Shown: one piece after another, positions 1-12,919 of the stretch | Position numbering within the stretch: position 1 is the first letter of the stretch | How the letters are laid out: each line of letters starts with the position of its first letter | From: Mobula hypostoma | Taxonomy: Eukaryota | Length of the DNA stretch: 64,000 nucleotides | Reading direction: 5' to 3' | Assembly: GCF_963921235.1 (NCBI RefSeq) | Contig: NC_086097.1 | Span: 22,012,001-22,076,000 of the forward strand | Translations under genes and position numbers: made by a program | Notes under the pieces: generated by a model | Told to the model about the DNA's origin: nothing | The model's database searches: none | What the model saw: the letters and a program-made list of their open reading frames with translations, nothing else

Positions 1-331
1 ATGTTAAAGGACCTCAGTCTCCTCAGGAAATACAGACGGCTCTGACCCTTTTGTAGACAGCCTCAGTGTTCTTTGACCAGTCCAGTTTATTGTCAATTCG
101 TATCCCCAGGTATTTGTAATCCACCACCATGTCCACACTGACCCCCTGGATGGAAACAGGGGTCACTGGTACCTTTGCTCTCCTCAGGTCTACCACCAGC
201 TCCTTAGTCTTTTTCACATTAAGCTGCAGATAATTCTGCTCACACCATGTGACAAAGTTTCCTACCGTAGCCCTGTACTCAGCCTCAACTCCCTTGCTGA
301 TGCATCCAACTATGGCAGAGACTTCGATCAC
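1..331 (-). mobile_element. Rex1/Babar-type LINE RT fragment (runs off window edge)
   Basis: ORF 23..331 (-) reads WCEQNYLQLNVKKTKELVVDLRR...YKYLGIRIDNKLDWSKNT, a typical post-catalytic RT region of Rex1/Babar LINEs. Confidence 0.8.
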
Positions 332-2170
332 TGCTCATATGATAACCTTTTCATTCCCAGAATCACTCTCGTGATCCTCATTTGTACCCTCTCCAATGCC
401 AGCACATGCTTTCTTAAAGACTGCTCGTAATACTCAGTGAGGCCTCACCAGAGCCTTGTACAGCCTCAGCATTACATCCTTGCTTTCAGATTCTAGTCCT
501 CTTGAAATGAATGCTAACATTGCATTTATCTTCCTCACCACTGATTCAACATGGAAATTAACCTTTCAGAAATCCTTTACAAGGGCTCCCAAAGTCCTTT
601 GCATCTAGGATTTTTGAATTTTCTCTCCATTTTGAAAATAGTGGACCTTTTTATTTCTTCTACCAAAGTGCCTGACCATACACTTCCCAACACTATATTC
701 CATCTGCCCCTTCTTTGCCCATTCTCCTAATCTGTCTTAGTCCTTTTGTAGCCTCTCTAATTCCTTAAAACTACCTGCACTTTCACCTATCTTTGTATCA
801 TCCACAAACTTGGTCAGAAAGCTATCAATTCTGTCATCCAAGTCATTGACATGTAACGTAAAAGCAGTTCTAACACAGACCCCTGTGGAACACCACTCAT
901 CACCAGCAGCCACCAAAAAGGCTCCCTTTATTCTCACACTTTGCCTCCTACCAATCAGCCATTGATTTATCCATGTTAGTATCTTTTCGGTAAACCATGA
1001 GCTCTTAACTTGTTAAGCAGCCTCATGTGTGGCACCTTGTCAAAGGCCTGAAAATCCAAGTACGCAACTTCAACCAATTCTCCTTTGTCTATCCTGCTTG
1101 TTATTTCTTCCAAGAATTCCAACAGATTTGTCAGGCAAGTTTTTTCTTAAGAAAACAATGCTGACTACAGCCTATTTTATCATGTGCCTCCAAGTATCCA
1201 GAAACCACATCCTTAACAATCGACTCTAACATCTTCCCAACCACTGAGGTCAGGCTAATTGGCCTACAATTTTCTTTCTTTTGCCTCCTTTCCTTCTGGA
1301 GGAGTGGAGTGACATTTACAAATTTCCAGTTCTCTCGAACCAAGCCTGAAACTATTGATTCTTGAAAGATCATTACTAATACCTCCACAATCACTTCAGC
1401 TATCTCTTTTAGAACCCTGGGGTGCAGTCCATCAGGTCCAGGTGACTTATTTACCTTCAGACCTTTCAGTTTCCCAAGCACCTTCTCCCAAGTAATAACA
1501 ACTGCTCTCACTACTGCCCCATGACACTCTCAAACATCTGGCATATTACTAATGTATTCCGCAATGAAGACTGGTGTAAAATACTTATTTGGTTCGTCCT
1601 CCATTTCCTTGTCCCCCATTTCTATCTCTCTAGCATCATTTTCCAGCAATCCAATATCTACCCTGACCTCTCTTTTACCCTTTATATCTCTGAAAAAAAC
1701 TTTGGTATCATTTTTGATATTATTGACCAGCTTACCTTCATATTTCATCTCCCTCCCCTTATGTTTTTTTTCAGTTTCCTTCTGTTGGTTTTAAAAAAAT
1801 TCCCACTCCTCTAACTTTCCACTAATGTTTGCTATATTATATGCCCTCTCTTTTGCTTTTATGTTGGCTTTGGCTTCCCTTATCAACCACAGTTGCATTA
1901 TCCTGCCTTTAAAATACTTCCTCATCTTTGGGATGTATCTATCCTGAGCCTTCTGAATTGATCCCAAAAACTCTAGCGATGGCTGCTCTGCTGTCATCTT
2001 TGCTAGAGTCCCCTTCCAATCAACTTTGGCCAGTTCCTCTCTCATGCTTCTGCTCTACTCTGCTGTCATACTGATACATCTGACTTTTGCTTCTCCCTCT
2101 CAAATTGCAGAGGGAATCCTATCATATTATGATCATTGATTCCAAAGGGTTCCTTTACCTTAAGCTCCCT
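332..2170 (-). mobile_element. Decayed CR1-clade LINE ORF2 fragment
   Basis: Broken ORFs with KSPGPDGLHPRVLKE, RPISLTSVVGKMLES, KFVDDTK; many stops and frameshifts. Confidence 0.9.
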
Positions 2171-3843
2171 ATACTTAGCATGTTCTAAACAAATAGCGAA
2201 CTGATAATAAGGATTATTTTTTAATAATGTTAGTTGGATGATAAATATTGGACCAGACTCTGCAGGCAGCTCCATGGGATCTTTCCCACCCACATGAGAG
2301 AACAGAAAGGACTTTAGTCTCACATCTCACGTGAGGGGCAGCAACTCAGATGCTGAAACCTCTCTGCTCTGTGGAGAAGCATCAGGCTCTGTTGAATTTA
2401 AGTCTTGAGAAGGACTTGAATCAGAATCAGTCTGAATATCACTGGCATATATCATGAAAAGTTTTGTGGTAGCATTACATAAAAAATATAAATTACAAAC
2501 AAAGGAAGTATATTCTTTAATTTAATTAAGTAGTTCAAAAGGAGAAAAGAAAAAGTGAGCTAGTGTTCATGGGTTGGTTCATTGTCCATTTAGAGACCTG
2601 ATGGCAGAGGGAAAGAAGCTATTCCTGAAAAGTTGAGTGTGTGTCTTCAGGCTCCCTTATCTCCTCCTTGATGGTAGCAATGAGAAAAAGGGATGTACTG
2701 GGTGATGGGGTTCCTTAATCATTTTGAGGCATTGCTGATTTACGTCCTTTTAAAGAACCCAGTACTTTAGGATACTGAGCAAAAGGTACCGCCCCCAACA
2801 TAGACTCATATTTAGCTGTCAGATCAAACCTCATGATGCCTGCATTCTCTCAGCTCTCAGCAATTCAACTTGGCTATCCTGTTTGATCTGGCAGATACGA
2901 GAAGGATGCTTCAACGTCTTGGTACAGAAAGCTGAAGATCTCCTTAACCGAAGCTCTCGTCCTTTGGCAGATCAGTCTGTACGAGATCCTGCTCTGGATT
3001 AAGTCTTCATCACTGGGCAGTTGGATCAGTGGCATCGATACACGTGATCACCCTCTACAGTGAAGGAACTCTCTTGGCCAGAGAAAGGACTGGATCTCCT
3101 TTTTTTGTACGAACCATTCTGCCCATCTCTAGCTTTGTGGCCTGCTGTGCTGTTCAAATAGGCCAGGGCCTCATGGATTTCTGGCCTCAATAGAATTCTC
3201 CTCTGTCGAAGTGGTTCTCGTTAAAGTTGTCATTTTTTCAGCTGTTTATTTGGGTTTTCAAAACAGATGTGCAGCTACACTCCACAATACCACCCAAAAT
3301 GCTCCAAACTCAAGTCCCAATGAGAAATCCGTCCTGAGGTCACACTGTAGCTAAAGAAAGTGCTGAATTGCCTATCCACGACCAGATATTACTATGACCT
3401 TTAAGTATTAAGATTGAGATGTGATCTAATTGCAGTGTTCACGATGGTTAGAGTTGTATGAAGGTGTGATGGCATTGGGTTTGCTCACTGCAAAGTTCTA
3501 AACACAAATGAAGACCTTAACCCCTATCAGATATAAATAGCCATGAGTACTCTCACTAAAGTGAGATTATACTGTAACTACCTAATCTTCAAAAACTAGT
3601 TCACTTCCCTGTTTGTTCTCTGCAGTGAGTTTAGCTGCGAGCATCCACTGTTTGAGTGTTGGGTCCTTCTCCCTACCAAGGAGAAGATACCTCCAGCTAA
3701 CAAAGTAGTTTAAAACAGTTCATTTATTTTTAGTGGTACACATTTAAATTGAAACAACATTCTTAAAACACATTTAAAACTCACAGAGCATTTCTATCTT
3801 AAAATTTCCAAATATAAACCATTTCTAAAAAACAATTTCCAAG

Positions 3844-5514
3844 ACATAGAACATAGAATAGTACAGCACAGTACAGGCCCTTCGGCCCACAATGTTGTGC
3901 CGACCCTCAAACCCTGCTTCCCATATAAGCCCCCACCTTAAATTCCTCCATATACCTGTCTAGTAGTCTCTTAAACTTCACTAGTGTATCTGCCTCCACC
4001 ACTGACTCAGGCAGTGCATTCCACGCACCAACCACTCTCTGAGTAAAAGACCTTCCTCTAATATCCCCCTTGAACTTCCCACCCCTTACCTTAAAGCCAT
4101 GTCCTCTTGTATTGAGCAGTGGTGCCCTGGGGAAGAGGCGCTGGCTATCCACTCTATCTATTCCTCTTATTATCTTGTACACCTCTATCATGTCTCCTCT
4201 CATCCTCCTTCTCTCCAAAGAGTAAAGCCCTAGCTCCCTTAATCTCTGATCATAATGCATACTTTTTAAACCAGGCAGCATCCTGGTAAATCTCCTCTGT
4301 ATCCTTTCCAATGCTTCCACATCCTTCCTATAGTGAGGCGACCAGAACTGGACACAGTACTCCAATTCTGGCCTAACCAGAGTTTTATAAAGCTGCATCA
4401 TTACATCGCGACTCTTAAACTCTGTCCCTCAACTTATGAAAGCTAACACCCCATAAGCTTTCTTAACTACCCTATCTACCTGTGAGGCAACTTTCAGGGA
4501 TCTGTGGACGTGTACCCCCAGATCCCTCTGCTCCTCCACACTACCAAGTATCCTGCCATTTACTTTGTACTCTGCCTTGGAGTTTGTCCTTCCAAAGTGT
4601 ACAACCTCACACTTCTCTGGGAAGAACTCCATCTGCCACTTCTCTGGGAAGAACTCCATCTGCCACTTCTCAGCCCACTTCTGCATCCTATCAATGTCTC
4701 TCTGCAATCTTCGACAATCCTCTACACTATCTACAACACCACCAACCTTTGTGTCATCTGCAAACTTGCCAACCCACCCTTATACCCTCACATCCAGCTC
4801 GTTAATAAAAATCACGAAAAGTAGAGGTCCCAGAACAGATCCTTGTGGGACACCACTAGTCACAATCCTCCAATCTGAATGTATTCCCTCCACCACCACC
4901 CTCTGCCTTCTGCAGGCAAGCCAATTCTGAATCCACCTGGCCAAACTTCCCTGGATCCCATGCCTTCTAACTTTCTGAATAAGCCTACTGTGTGGAACCT
5001 TGTCAAATGCCTTACTAAAATCCATATAGACCACATCCACTGCACTACCCTCATCTATATGCCTGGTCATCTCCTCAAAGAACTCTATCAGGCTTGTTAG
5101 ACACGATCAGCCCTTCACAAAGCCATGCTGACTGTCCCTGATCAGACCATGATTCTCTAAATGCCCAGAGATCCTATCTCTAAGAATCTTTTCCAACAGT
5201 TTTCCCACCACAGACGTAAGGCTTACTGGTCTATAATTACCCGGATATCCCTACTACTTTTTTTGAACAAGGGGACAACATTCGCCTCCCTCCAATCCTC
5301 CAGTACCATTCCCGTGGACAACGAGGACATAAAGATCCTAGCCAGAGGCTCAGCAATCTCTTCTCTCACCTCGTGGAGCAGCCTGGGGAATATTCCGTCA
5401 GGCCCCGGGGACTTATCTGTCCTAATGTATTTTAACAACTCCAACACCTCCTCTCCCTTAATATCAACATGCTCCAGAACATCAACCTCACTCATATTGT
5501 CCTCACCATCATCA
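3844..5514 (-). mobile_element. 5'-truncated CR1 LINE with 3' UTR and (TTCTATG)n-type tail
   Basis: ORFs 3907..4401, 4429..4707, 4780..5070, 5223..5519 ([22 protein letters not shown]); tail seen as acatagaacatagaa at 3844; same subfamily as 50996-54317. Confidence 0.95.
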
Positions 5515-6249
5515 AACACAGGTACAATTCTTATAAAAACTGAAAAGACATATCAACCATACAGATGAATGCATTGTCCTTTGCAGAAATTGAAGCTAGA
5601 GGAATGTATTCTGGTTCACCCCGTTTCATTCACTTTTCTTGTTCCTTACCCCGTTCCTAGTAATACTCTTTTTTTCTGCCACATGTGTGACTTCACATGC
5701 ATATGATATTTCCTCAGATACCCTTTTTACACAATTAATCTAAGAGCTATCTGAAGACACAGAACCAAGCTTCCCATAGTTAATGTTGTAAAGCTAGCTT
5801 CTCTGAGTACATAAACCTTCCAAATATAAGCATATCAGTCGTTTGATATGCTAAATAATATTATCCATTTGGTCTGAAAGCTTCCTTGATTTAAACAACT
5901 TAGTCAGCTTGTCCGTTTTAAAACAAGGCAAATTAAATAGCCCATTGTCTTAAACTGCACCTCTTAAGAGCAATAAAGCAGGTGTAGTGGGCTAGCTGTC
6001 TGCTCCATAGAGTTTGTTTGCAAAGATACTCTATACACTCTGCTTGTTTTAACTGCAAAGTGATTACTGCTTGCAATTTACATTTTAAGAACTAGACTGG
6101 CTCCCATTTACCACCCAAAGCTAAACAACTGTTTAATCCTACAAGTGGCAGCTGCTGTATTCAGAAAACCAAGCCCGGCAAAGATGAGACCTCCTGGCCC
6201 AGGAAGCAAATGTCTATCACAAAGGAAACTGATCAGGCAACTTGTATAT

Positions 6250-7250
6250 CAAGGATCAAAGATCAACTTTATTCATCGTATATGTTTACATGTATTAGGA
6301 ATTTACTGTGGTGTGTTAGTCAGGGTGTGACATGCAACAACAAAACAGCATTCAACAATGACAAAGAATAGAGAATTAAATAAAATTAAATTAGAGATTA
6401 AAATGCAAATATGGAATAAAATGTGCATAAGTACATAAATAGCAGCATGTATTTACAATGCAGACAGCATTGTGGTTAAGAAGGCATACGGTGTAATGGC
6501 CTTCATTAATTGTGGAATTGAATTGAGGAGCCGAGAGGTAATGTTGCAGCTATATAGGACCCTGGTCAGACCCTACTTGGAGTACTGTGCTCAGTTCTGG
6601 TTGCCTCACTACAGGAAGGATGTGGAAGCCATAGAAAGGGTGCAGAGGAGATTTACAAGGATGTTGCCTGGATTGGGGAGCATGCCTTATGAAAACAGGT
6701 TGAGTGAACTCGGCCTTTTCTCCTTGGAGCAGAGGAGGATGAGCGGTGACCTGATAGAGGTGTATAAGATGATGAGAGGCATTGATCGTGTGGATAGTCA
6801 GAGGCTTTTTCCCAGGGCTGAAATGGCTGCCACAAGGGGACACAGGTTTAAGGTGCTGGGGAGTAGGTACAGAGGAGATGTCAGGGTAAGTTTTTTAGCA
6901 GAGAGTGTTGAGTGTATGGAATGGGCTGACGGCAACGGTAGTAGAGGCGGATACAATAGGGTCTTTTAAGAGACTTTTGGATAGGTACATGGAGCTTAGA
7001 AAAATAGAGGGCAATGGGTGAGCCTAGTAATTTCTAAGGTAGGGACATGTTTAGCACAACTTTGCGGGCTGAAGGGCCTGTATTGTGCTGTAGGTTTACT
7101 ATGTTTCTATTATAAAAAGTGTTTTGAAGTGTTTACAGTGCAGTGACAAGGGTAACAGATAGAGGGGTGTGGGAGGAGTGGTTGGTCCTGTATGGGGGAA
7201 GAAATTTTTAAGTTGGCACGAATTTTGTTTTAGTCGCCCTATAGAGCTCT
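6250..7250 (-). mobile_element. LINE-type 3' UTR with (GATCCTT)n tail, split by the CR1 at 6472-7110
   Basis: Both halves match the reverse complement of 32320-32770; the host sequence cagcat|tataaaa rejoins across the CR1. Confidence 0.75.
6472..7110 (+). mobile_element. CR1 LINE 3' fragment
   Basis: ORF 6472..6969 (LYRTLVRPYLEYCAQFW...), 3' UTR ending ctatgtttctat. Confidence 0.9.
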
Positions 7251-7276
7251 CAGGAAGAGAATATTGTGATGAGGGG

Positions 7277-8324
7277 CTGGAAGCAGGTGGAGGTAGGGGC
7301 GATGGAGTGAGTGCTGGTGGAAGCAGGTGGAGGTAGGGGCGATGGAGTGAGTGCTGGTGAAAGCAGGTGGAGGTAGGGGCGATGGAGTGAGTGCTGGTGA
7401 AAGCAAGTGGAGGTGGGGTCAATGGAGTGAGTGCTGGTGGAAGCAGGTGGAGATGGGGGCGATGGAATGAATGCTGGTGAAAGCAGGTGGAGGTAGGGGC
7501 GATGGAGTGAGTGCTGGTGAAAGCAAGTGGAGATGGGGGCGATGGAGTGAGTGCTGGTGAAAGCAGGTGGAGGTAGGGGCGATGGAGTGAGTGCTGGTGA
7601 AAGCAGGTGGAGGTAGGGGTGATGGAGTGAGTGCTGGTGGAAGCAGGTGGAGGTAGGGGCGATGGAGTGAGTGCTGGTGGAAGCAGGTGGAGGTGGGGGC
7701 GATGGAGTGAGTGCTGGTGGAAGCAGGTAGACGTGGGGGCGATGGAGTGAGTGCTGGTGGAAGTAGGTGGAGGTAGGGGCGATGGAGTGAGTGCTGGTGG
7801 AAGTAGGTGGAGGTGGGGGCGATGGAGTGAGTGCTGGTGAAAGCAGGTGGAGGTAGGGGCGATGGAGTGAGTGCTGGTGAAAGCAGGTGGAGGTAGGGGC
7901 GATGGAGTGAGTGCTGGTGGAAGCAGGTAGACGTGGGGGCGATGGAGTGAGTGCTGGTGGAAGTAGGTGGAGGTAGGGGCGATGGAGTGAGTGCTGGTGG
8001 AAGCAGGTAGACGTGGGGGCGATGGAGTGAGTGCTGGTGGAAGCAGGTGGAGGTGGGGGCGATGGAGTGAGTGCTAGTGGAAGCAGGTGGAGGTGGGGGC
8101 GATGGAGTGAGTGCTAGTGGAAGCAGGTGGAGGTAGGGGCGATGGAGTGAGTGCTGGTGGAAGCAGGTGGAGGTGGGGGCGATGGAGTGAGTGCTGGTGG
8201 AAGCAGGTGGAGGTGAGGGCGATGGAGTGAGTGATGGTGGAAGTAGGTGGAGGTGGGGGCGATGGAGTGAGTGCTGGTGGAAGCAGGTGGAGGTGGGGGC
8301 GATGGAGTGAGTGCTAGTGGAAGC
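7277..8324 (+). repeat. 40-bp G-rich minisatellite, about 26 copies
   Basis: Unit AAGCAGGTGGAGGT(A/G)GGGGCGATGGAGTGAGTGCTGGTG(G/A) in exact 40-bp register from 7281 to 8320. Confidence 0.98.
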
Positions 8325-9140
8325 GGCAAAGCAGGAGTTTGTTAGGAAGAAGGAGGACAATCCACTGAATTGATGACAACCCTACCAATGAGTGGTCAGG
8401 AAATGGTCTGACAGATAAGATAAGGGGGTTGAACGTGAGCAAGGTGAAATTTGTTTGCAGAACTACTGCGGACAACAGCTCTAGTAAAATTGTCGCAAAA
8501 TATTCCATCTTGTTCCTAAATCAGGCTTTCTCTCCGACAGACCTGCACTGATGAAGTACAAAGCCACTTAGCAACAGAGCAAATCAACAAACACAAAATA
8601 TGAAGGAGACGATTGGTATTTCCCTGGAGGAGTTGAGTTGCGGAGAGTTAAGATAATTTGCTTTTAAATCTTATTCTTTGGCTCAGCATTGATTTTGCCA
8701 GGGGTTACTTGGGAAGGAATAAAAGATCTGAACTATTAAAGCAGCAATTTGTGAAGGCAGCTTTAAGGTGTAATTGAATTGCTATTGACAGCTCAGTTCT
8801 TGCAGGACAGACACATAACACCAATTTGCATCTTTAAATGGACGATTAGCTGTAAATCCTGAAATGGCCCAAACCTTCTCGGCTTGTTGACAGACATCTG
8901 TCTGTACACCAAGGCTGCTTGGAAAACTGCTGTGACTGAATGCATGGACAAGAATGTTTAATGGAAGCATTTGTTAATTGTTGGTGCTGGGGGTGGGATC
9001 ATGGATGGGATTGAGATCACCAGCTGGTTGGAGATGTGCAGATGTTGCAAGTACAAATGCACAAGGATCCAGCCATTTAAAATGGGACAGGCTTGAGCTA
9101 ACTTGCATCTTGCACATTCCTTTCAGGACATCTCAAAGTA

Positions 9141-9580
9141 CACTCAGGGGCCACATTATTAGGAACCTCCTGCTCGTGAGCTTCTGCACACGTAGCCTAA
9201 ATGCTTCAAGGTGTGCATTCTGAGATTCTCTTTTGCACACAACTATTGTAACGCGTGGTTATCTGAGTTACCGTCACCTTCCTGTCAGCTTGAACCAGTC
9301 TGGCCATTCTCCTCTGACCTCCCTCATTAACAAGGCCATTTTGCCCCCGGAACTGCTGCTCACCGGATTTTTTTTTTGTGTGTTTTTCACACTGTTCTTT
9401 GTAAACTCCGGAGACTTGTGCGTGAAAATCCCGGGAGATCAGCAGTCCCTGAGATACTCAAACCTCACTGTCTGACACCAATAATTATTCCACGGTCAAA
9501 GTCACTTAGATCACATTTCTTCCCCATTCCGCTGTTTCGCCAACTGAACCTCTTAACCATGTCTGCCTTGATTTGCTGAT
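9141..9580. mobile_element. Tc1/mariner-like non-autonomous fragment
   Basis: TA followed by CACTCAGGGGCCACATTATTAGG, resembling fish Tc1-like TIRs; related internal sequence at about 38790-38930 and 39630-39760; second TIR not found. Confidence 0.6.
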
Positions 9581-9618
9581 TAAAATTCAGAATTCAAAGT
9601 AAAATATATTATCAGAGT

Positions 9619-10530
9619 TGTCATGGTCCGGTCCGTGAAGTCCGCGTTCCGGTTCAAGGTCCGGTCCATGGACTCTGGACTCTGGGTCTTCCGTCTGTCC
9701 CTTGTTTCAGTTGGGCTTAATCATAGGCACCTGATGCTTGTCTTGGGTCTGGGAATGTAAGTGGCCCTGGGTTCGAGTGTGGGTGCTGGTTTGTCTTATC
9801 AGTATCCTGTCCTCGCCTCTGTGGGGTAAGTCAGGCTGTCTTTGTCGTTACTCTGTGTTTGGATCTGTCCCTTCCTCTCCTTGCCTCCGTTGGGTAAACC
9901 AGGCTGTCTTTGCCGTTACCCTGAGGCTGGACTGTTCCCTTCCCCTCCTCTTCCTTCTGGGGCCTTGCCTGCCACCTGTGTCTGGGGCCTTGCCTGCAAC
10001 CTTGTCAAGTTCAACCACCGGAGCGAGACCGGAGCCTTGCTGTGTCAAGATAAGGAACTGTTTATTGTTGAGTTGGAACTGACTTTGTGTCCACGCCTTC
10101 GCTAGGTAGGTCTGGCCATTTGCCGCTACCTAGTGTTGGGAACTGTCTTGTCGTGTTCAGCATTCTGTGTATGAGTCCCAGCCCTACGTCCTGTTCCCAA
10201 GGAGGGGTCCGGCTCTGTGTTCCATGTTCCTGTCTCTCAAGTCCAGGGCTCCGTGTTCCTGTGCTCGAGACCAAGGCTCTGTGTTCCTGTCTTCCCCAAG
10301 ACCAAGGCTCTGTGTTCTGCATTCCTCTCATCCCAAGTCCAAGGTTCCGAGGTTCCTGTTGTCCCAAGTCCAAGGCTGAGCTGTTCCTGAGTACCAAATC
10401 AAGGCTTCGTGTTCTCGTCCTGTCCATGTGCTTCGTCCTGTGCTGGAGTTTCCTCGTCCTGTGCTGAAGTTCCCTCGTCTTGCTCAGGAGTCTCTCGTTC
10501 TGTCCTGTATCCTCACCTAGTCCTGTCTCC
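9619..10530. mobile_element. Truncated LTR-like sequence (Gypsy-like)
   Basis: Abrupt TGTCATGG start interrupting a LINE tail; T/C-rich with short internal repeats (ccaaggctctgtgttc); no ...CA end or TSD found. Confidence 0.5.
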
Positions 10531-11671
10531 CCGTTTGAGGTGGTGTTAATCCCTCTCAAGGTCAGACAAACCCTCCCAACTATGTGACTGACTTACTTTT
10601 TTAACTTGGCCTCTGATAAACCCTATCATTGTGAGAAAGGTAATAACTCTCTGCTGGGGACAGATATAACAACCCAGCTCAAGGGGAGTACTCTCGACTG
10701 TGGGGAACAATTAATCCTCTCTCCAGGATTCTGCTCGGCCATGGCACTGACGCACTCACCCAACTGGAAAATTGATGGAATCACTAGGTGGTGGGACTAA
10801 TTAGAGTCAGCCGAGGGTGGAGGGTGTATGGTGGGATGGATGGAGTCTAATGTACTGTTTTAAGTGTGGGACATGAAACTCTCAGCTGGGGACTGACCTC
10901 CTATCTCAGGAGCAACAGATAAACCTCATCTGAGCTAGGGACTGCTAAAGCCTGTCTGGAGGAGATGGATGAAATTTCTGATTCCCTAAGGCATGTAGGT
11001 CGGTAGGTTATTTACCCCATAATGGTCAGTCCGTGTTGGAAAATGGTGAGGGAATGGGAATGAGAGGGGAATGACGTGAGTGGTAAAGGATTAGTATGTG
11101 GGAGCTTAATGGTTAGTACAGACTTGATGGGCTGAATAACCTGTTTCTGTGCTGTATCTCTCTATGATTCTTGGAATAGCAGTTGCTTGGATAAACAGTC
11201 TGTTAGAGGAATTCAGGAGGTTGAGGGGCAGAGGGGAGGTGGAATGAATTATCAAAGTTTGTGGCCAAATTGCTGCATCAGGTCCAAATTTCTGTAGCAT
11301 CCCCTCGCTTTCCCCACTCTCCTACCTGATTGCAGTCTCCTGAATCTCCATTGGAACCACTTCTTTCCTTGTTCATCCAGATTGCACCATAACCACTTCC
11401 TTATGTCCCCAGCTGCATGCGTGAACTCCCTGAGCCAACGGACTGTTAAGCCTTTTCAGCTGGGGCCCTGATGCCCCCTCCTAGTCGTGTGACTGTCAGA
11501 GAACTCCTTCTGCAGCACTGCAAGTCCCTCTCTGCTGAAGAACTGATCTACCCTTGCACCTGGGAATATAAAACCCTCTCACTAATCACTGATAAAACCC
11601 TCTCCGCTGGGGACAGGTAAAAGCTCTTAGACGTTGCGGTTATATGCATTCAGTGCAACACGCAGAAAATG

Positions 11672-12125
11672 CTGGAGAAGCTCGGCAGGTGAGACCAGCA
11701 TCAATGGAGAGGAACAAAGAGTCAGGCCCCTTCATCAGGACTGGAAAGGAAGCCAGAATAAAAAATGTAGTGAGGCGGGCTAGGGAAGGCCGACAAGCTC
11801 GAAGGTGACCAGTGAAGTCAAGTGAGGGTGGGTGTAGGTGTGTGCATGAGAGGGGATGAATTGAGCAGCTGGGAGGAGACTGGTGGAAAAGGTGAAGTGC
11901 TGAAGAAGGAAAACTTTGATAGGAGAGGAGAGTGGAGCCTGGGAGAAAGGGATGGAGGAGGGGCACCAGAAGGAGGTGATGGGAAAGTGATGATGAAAGA
12001 AAGGGTAAGAGGGAGCCAGAATGGGGAATGGAAAGGTGGGGGGGGGGGGGAGAAATTACCAGAAGCTGGAGAAGTTGATGTTCATGCCATCAAGTTGGAA
12101 GCTACCCAACTGGAATATGAGATGA
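11672..12125 (-). mobile_element. Penelope-like element 3' terminal fragment
   Basis: Reverse complement of the 3' part of 30150-31460; partly deleted hammerhead at about 11721-11742. Confidence 0.8.
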
Positions 12126-12269
12126 AGGCTGGGTTTGATAAGCTCCCTCCACAGATAAAAAAAAAACTATACATTGGTGTTCTTTCCTCTTTGGTATTTC
12201 CTATAGCCTATAAAATAATTGGAAAAATTGGCAATTGGTTTATTGCAGTAATGTCCACAGTGATGAGCT

Positions 12270-12725
12270 GCCATTGGAGAGAGAGTCCAGAGGAGGTTCA
12301 GGAGAATGATCCCAGGAATGAAAGGGTTAATGAGTGAGGAGCTTTTGATGTCTCTGGACATGTACTCACAGGAGTTCAGAAGAATGAGGGAGGAACCCAT
12401 TGAATATTGAAAGGTCTAGATAGCGTGGATGTGGAGAGGATGTTTCCTATAGTGGAGGAATCTAGGACCGGGGGTTCAGCTTTAGATACAAGGACATCCC
12501 TTTAGAACAGAGACGAGGAGCTATTGCTTTAGCCAGATGGTGATGAATCTGTGGAATTATTATTTAAAGCGGGCTGCTGGGTTCTCAATTACTAAGAGTG
12601 TCAATAGTTTAAGGGAGAAGACAGGAGAATGGGTTGAGAGGGATGATAATTCAGCCATAATGGAATGGCAGGGCTGACTTATTAGGCAGAATTATCTAAT
12701 TCTGCTCTTTTGTCTTATAGTCTAA
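12270..12725 (+). mobile_element. Decayed CR1 3' fragment
   Basis: Matches CR1 ORF2 C-terminus and 3' UTR of other copies in the window. Confidence 0.8.
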
Positions 12726-12919
12726 CATTTCAACCGTTCCAGACCTACATGAGACTTGTAGGTTGTCTCTTTCACTGCCCTCTAAAACATGGAGTTAGAA
12801 TCAGAATCAGGTTGATTATCATTGACATATGACATGAAATGTCTTGCTTTGCAGCAGCATTATAGTGCAATCCAAAAAAAATTACCACAATTTACAATAA
12901 GAAATGTAAAAACGAATTA

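Noticed and set aside
7277..8324. CRISPR-like array
   Set aside because: Head-to-tail units with no unique spacers, no cas genes, eukaryotic context
7099..8360. Pro/Ser/His-rich ORFs up to 313 aa
   Set aside because: Translation of the C-rich strand of the 40-bp minisatellite, cycling through frames; no evidence of coding
8541..8615. Possible exon between tttctctccgacag and gtattt
   Set aside because: All three plus-strand frames contain stops and the donor is weak
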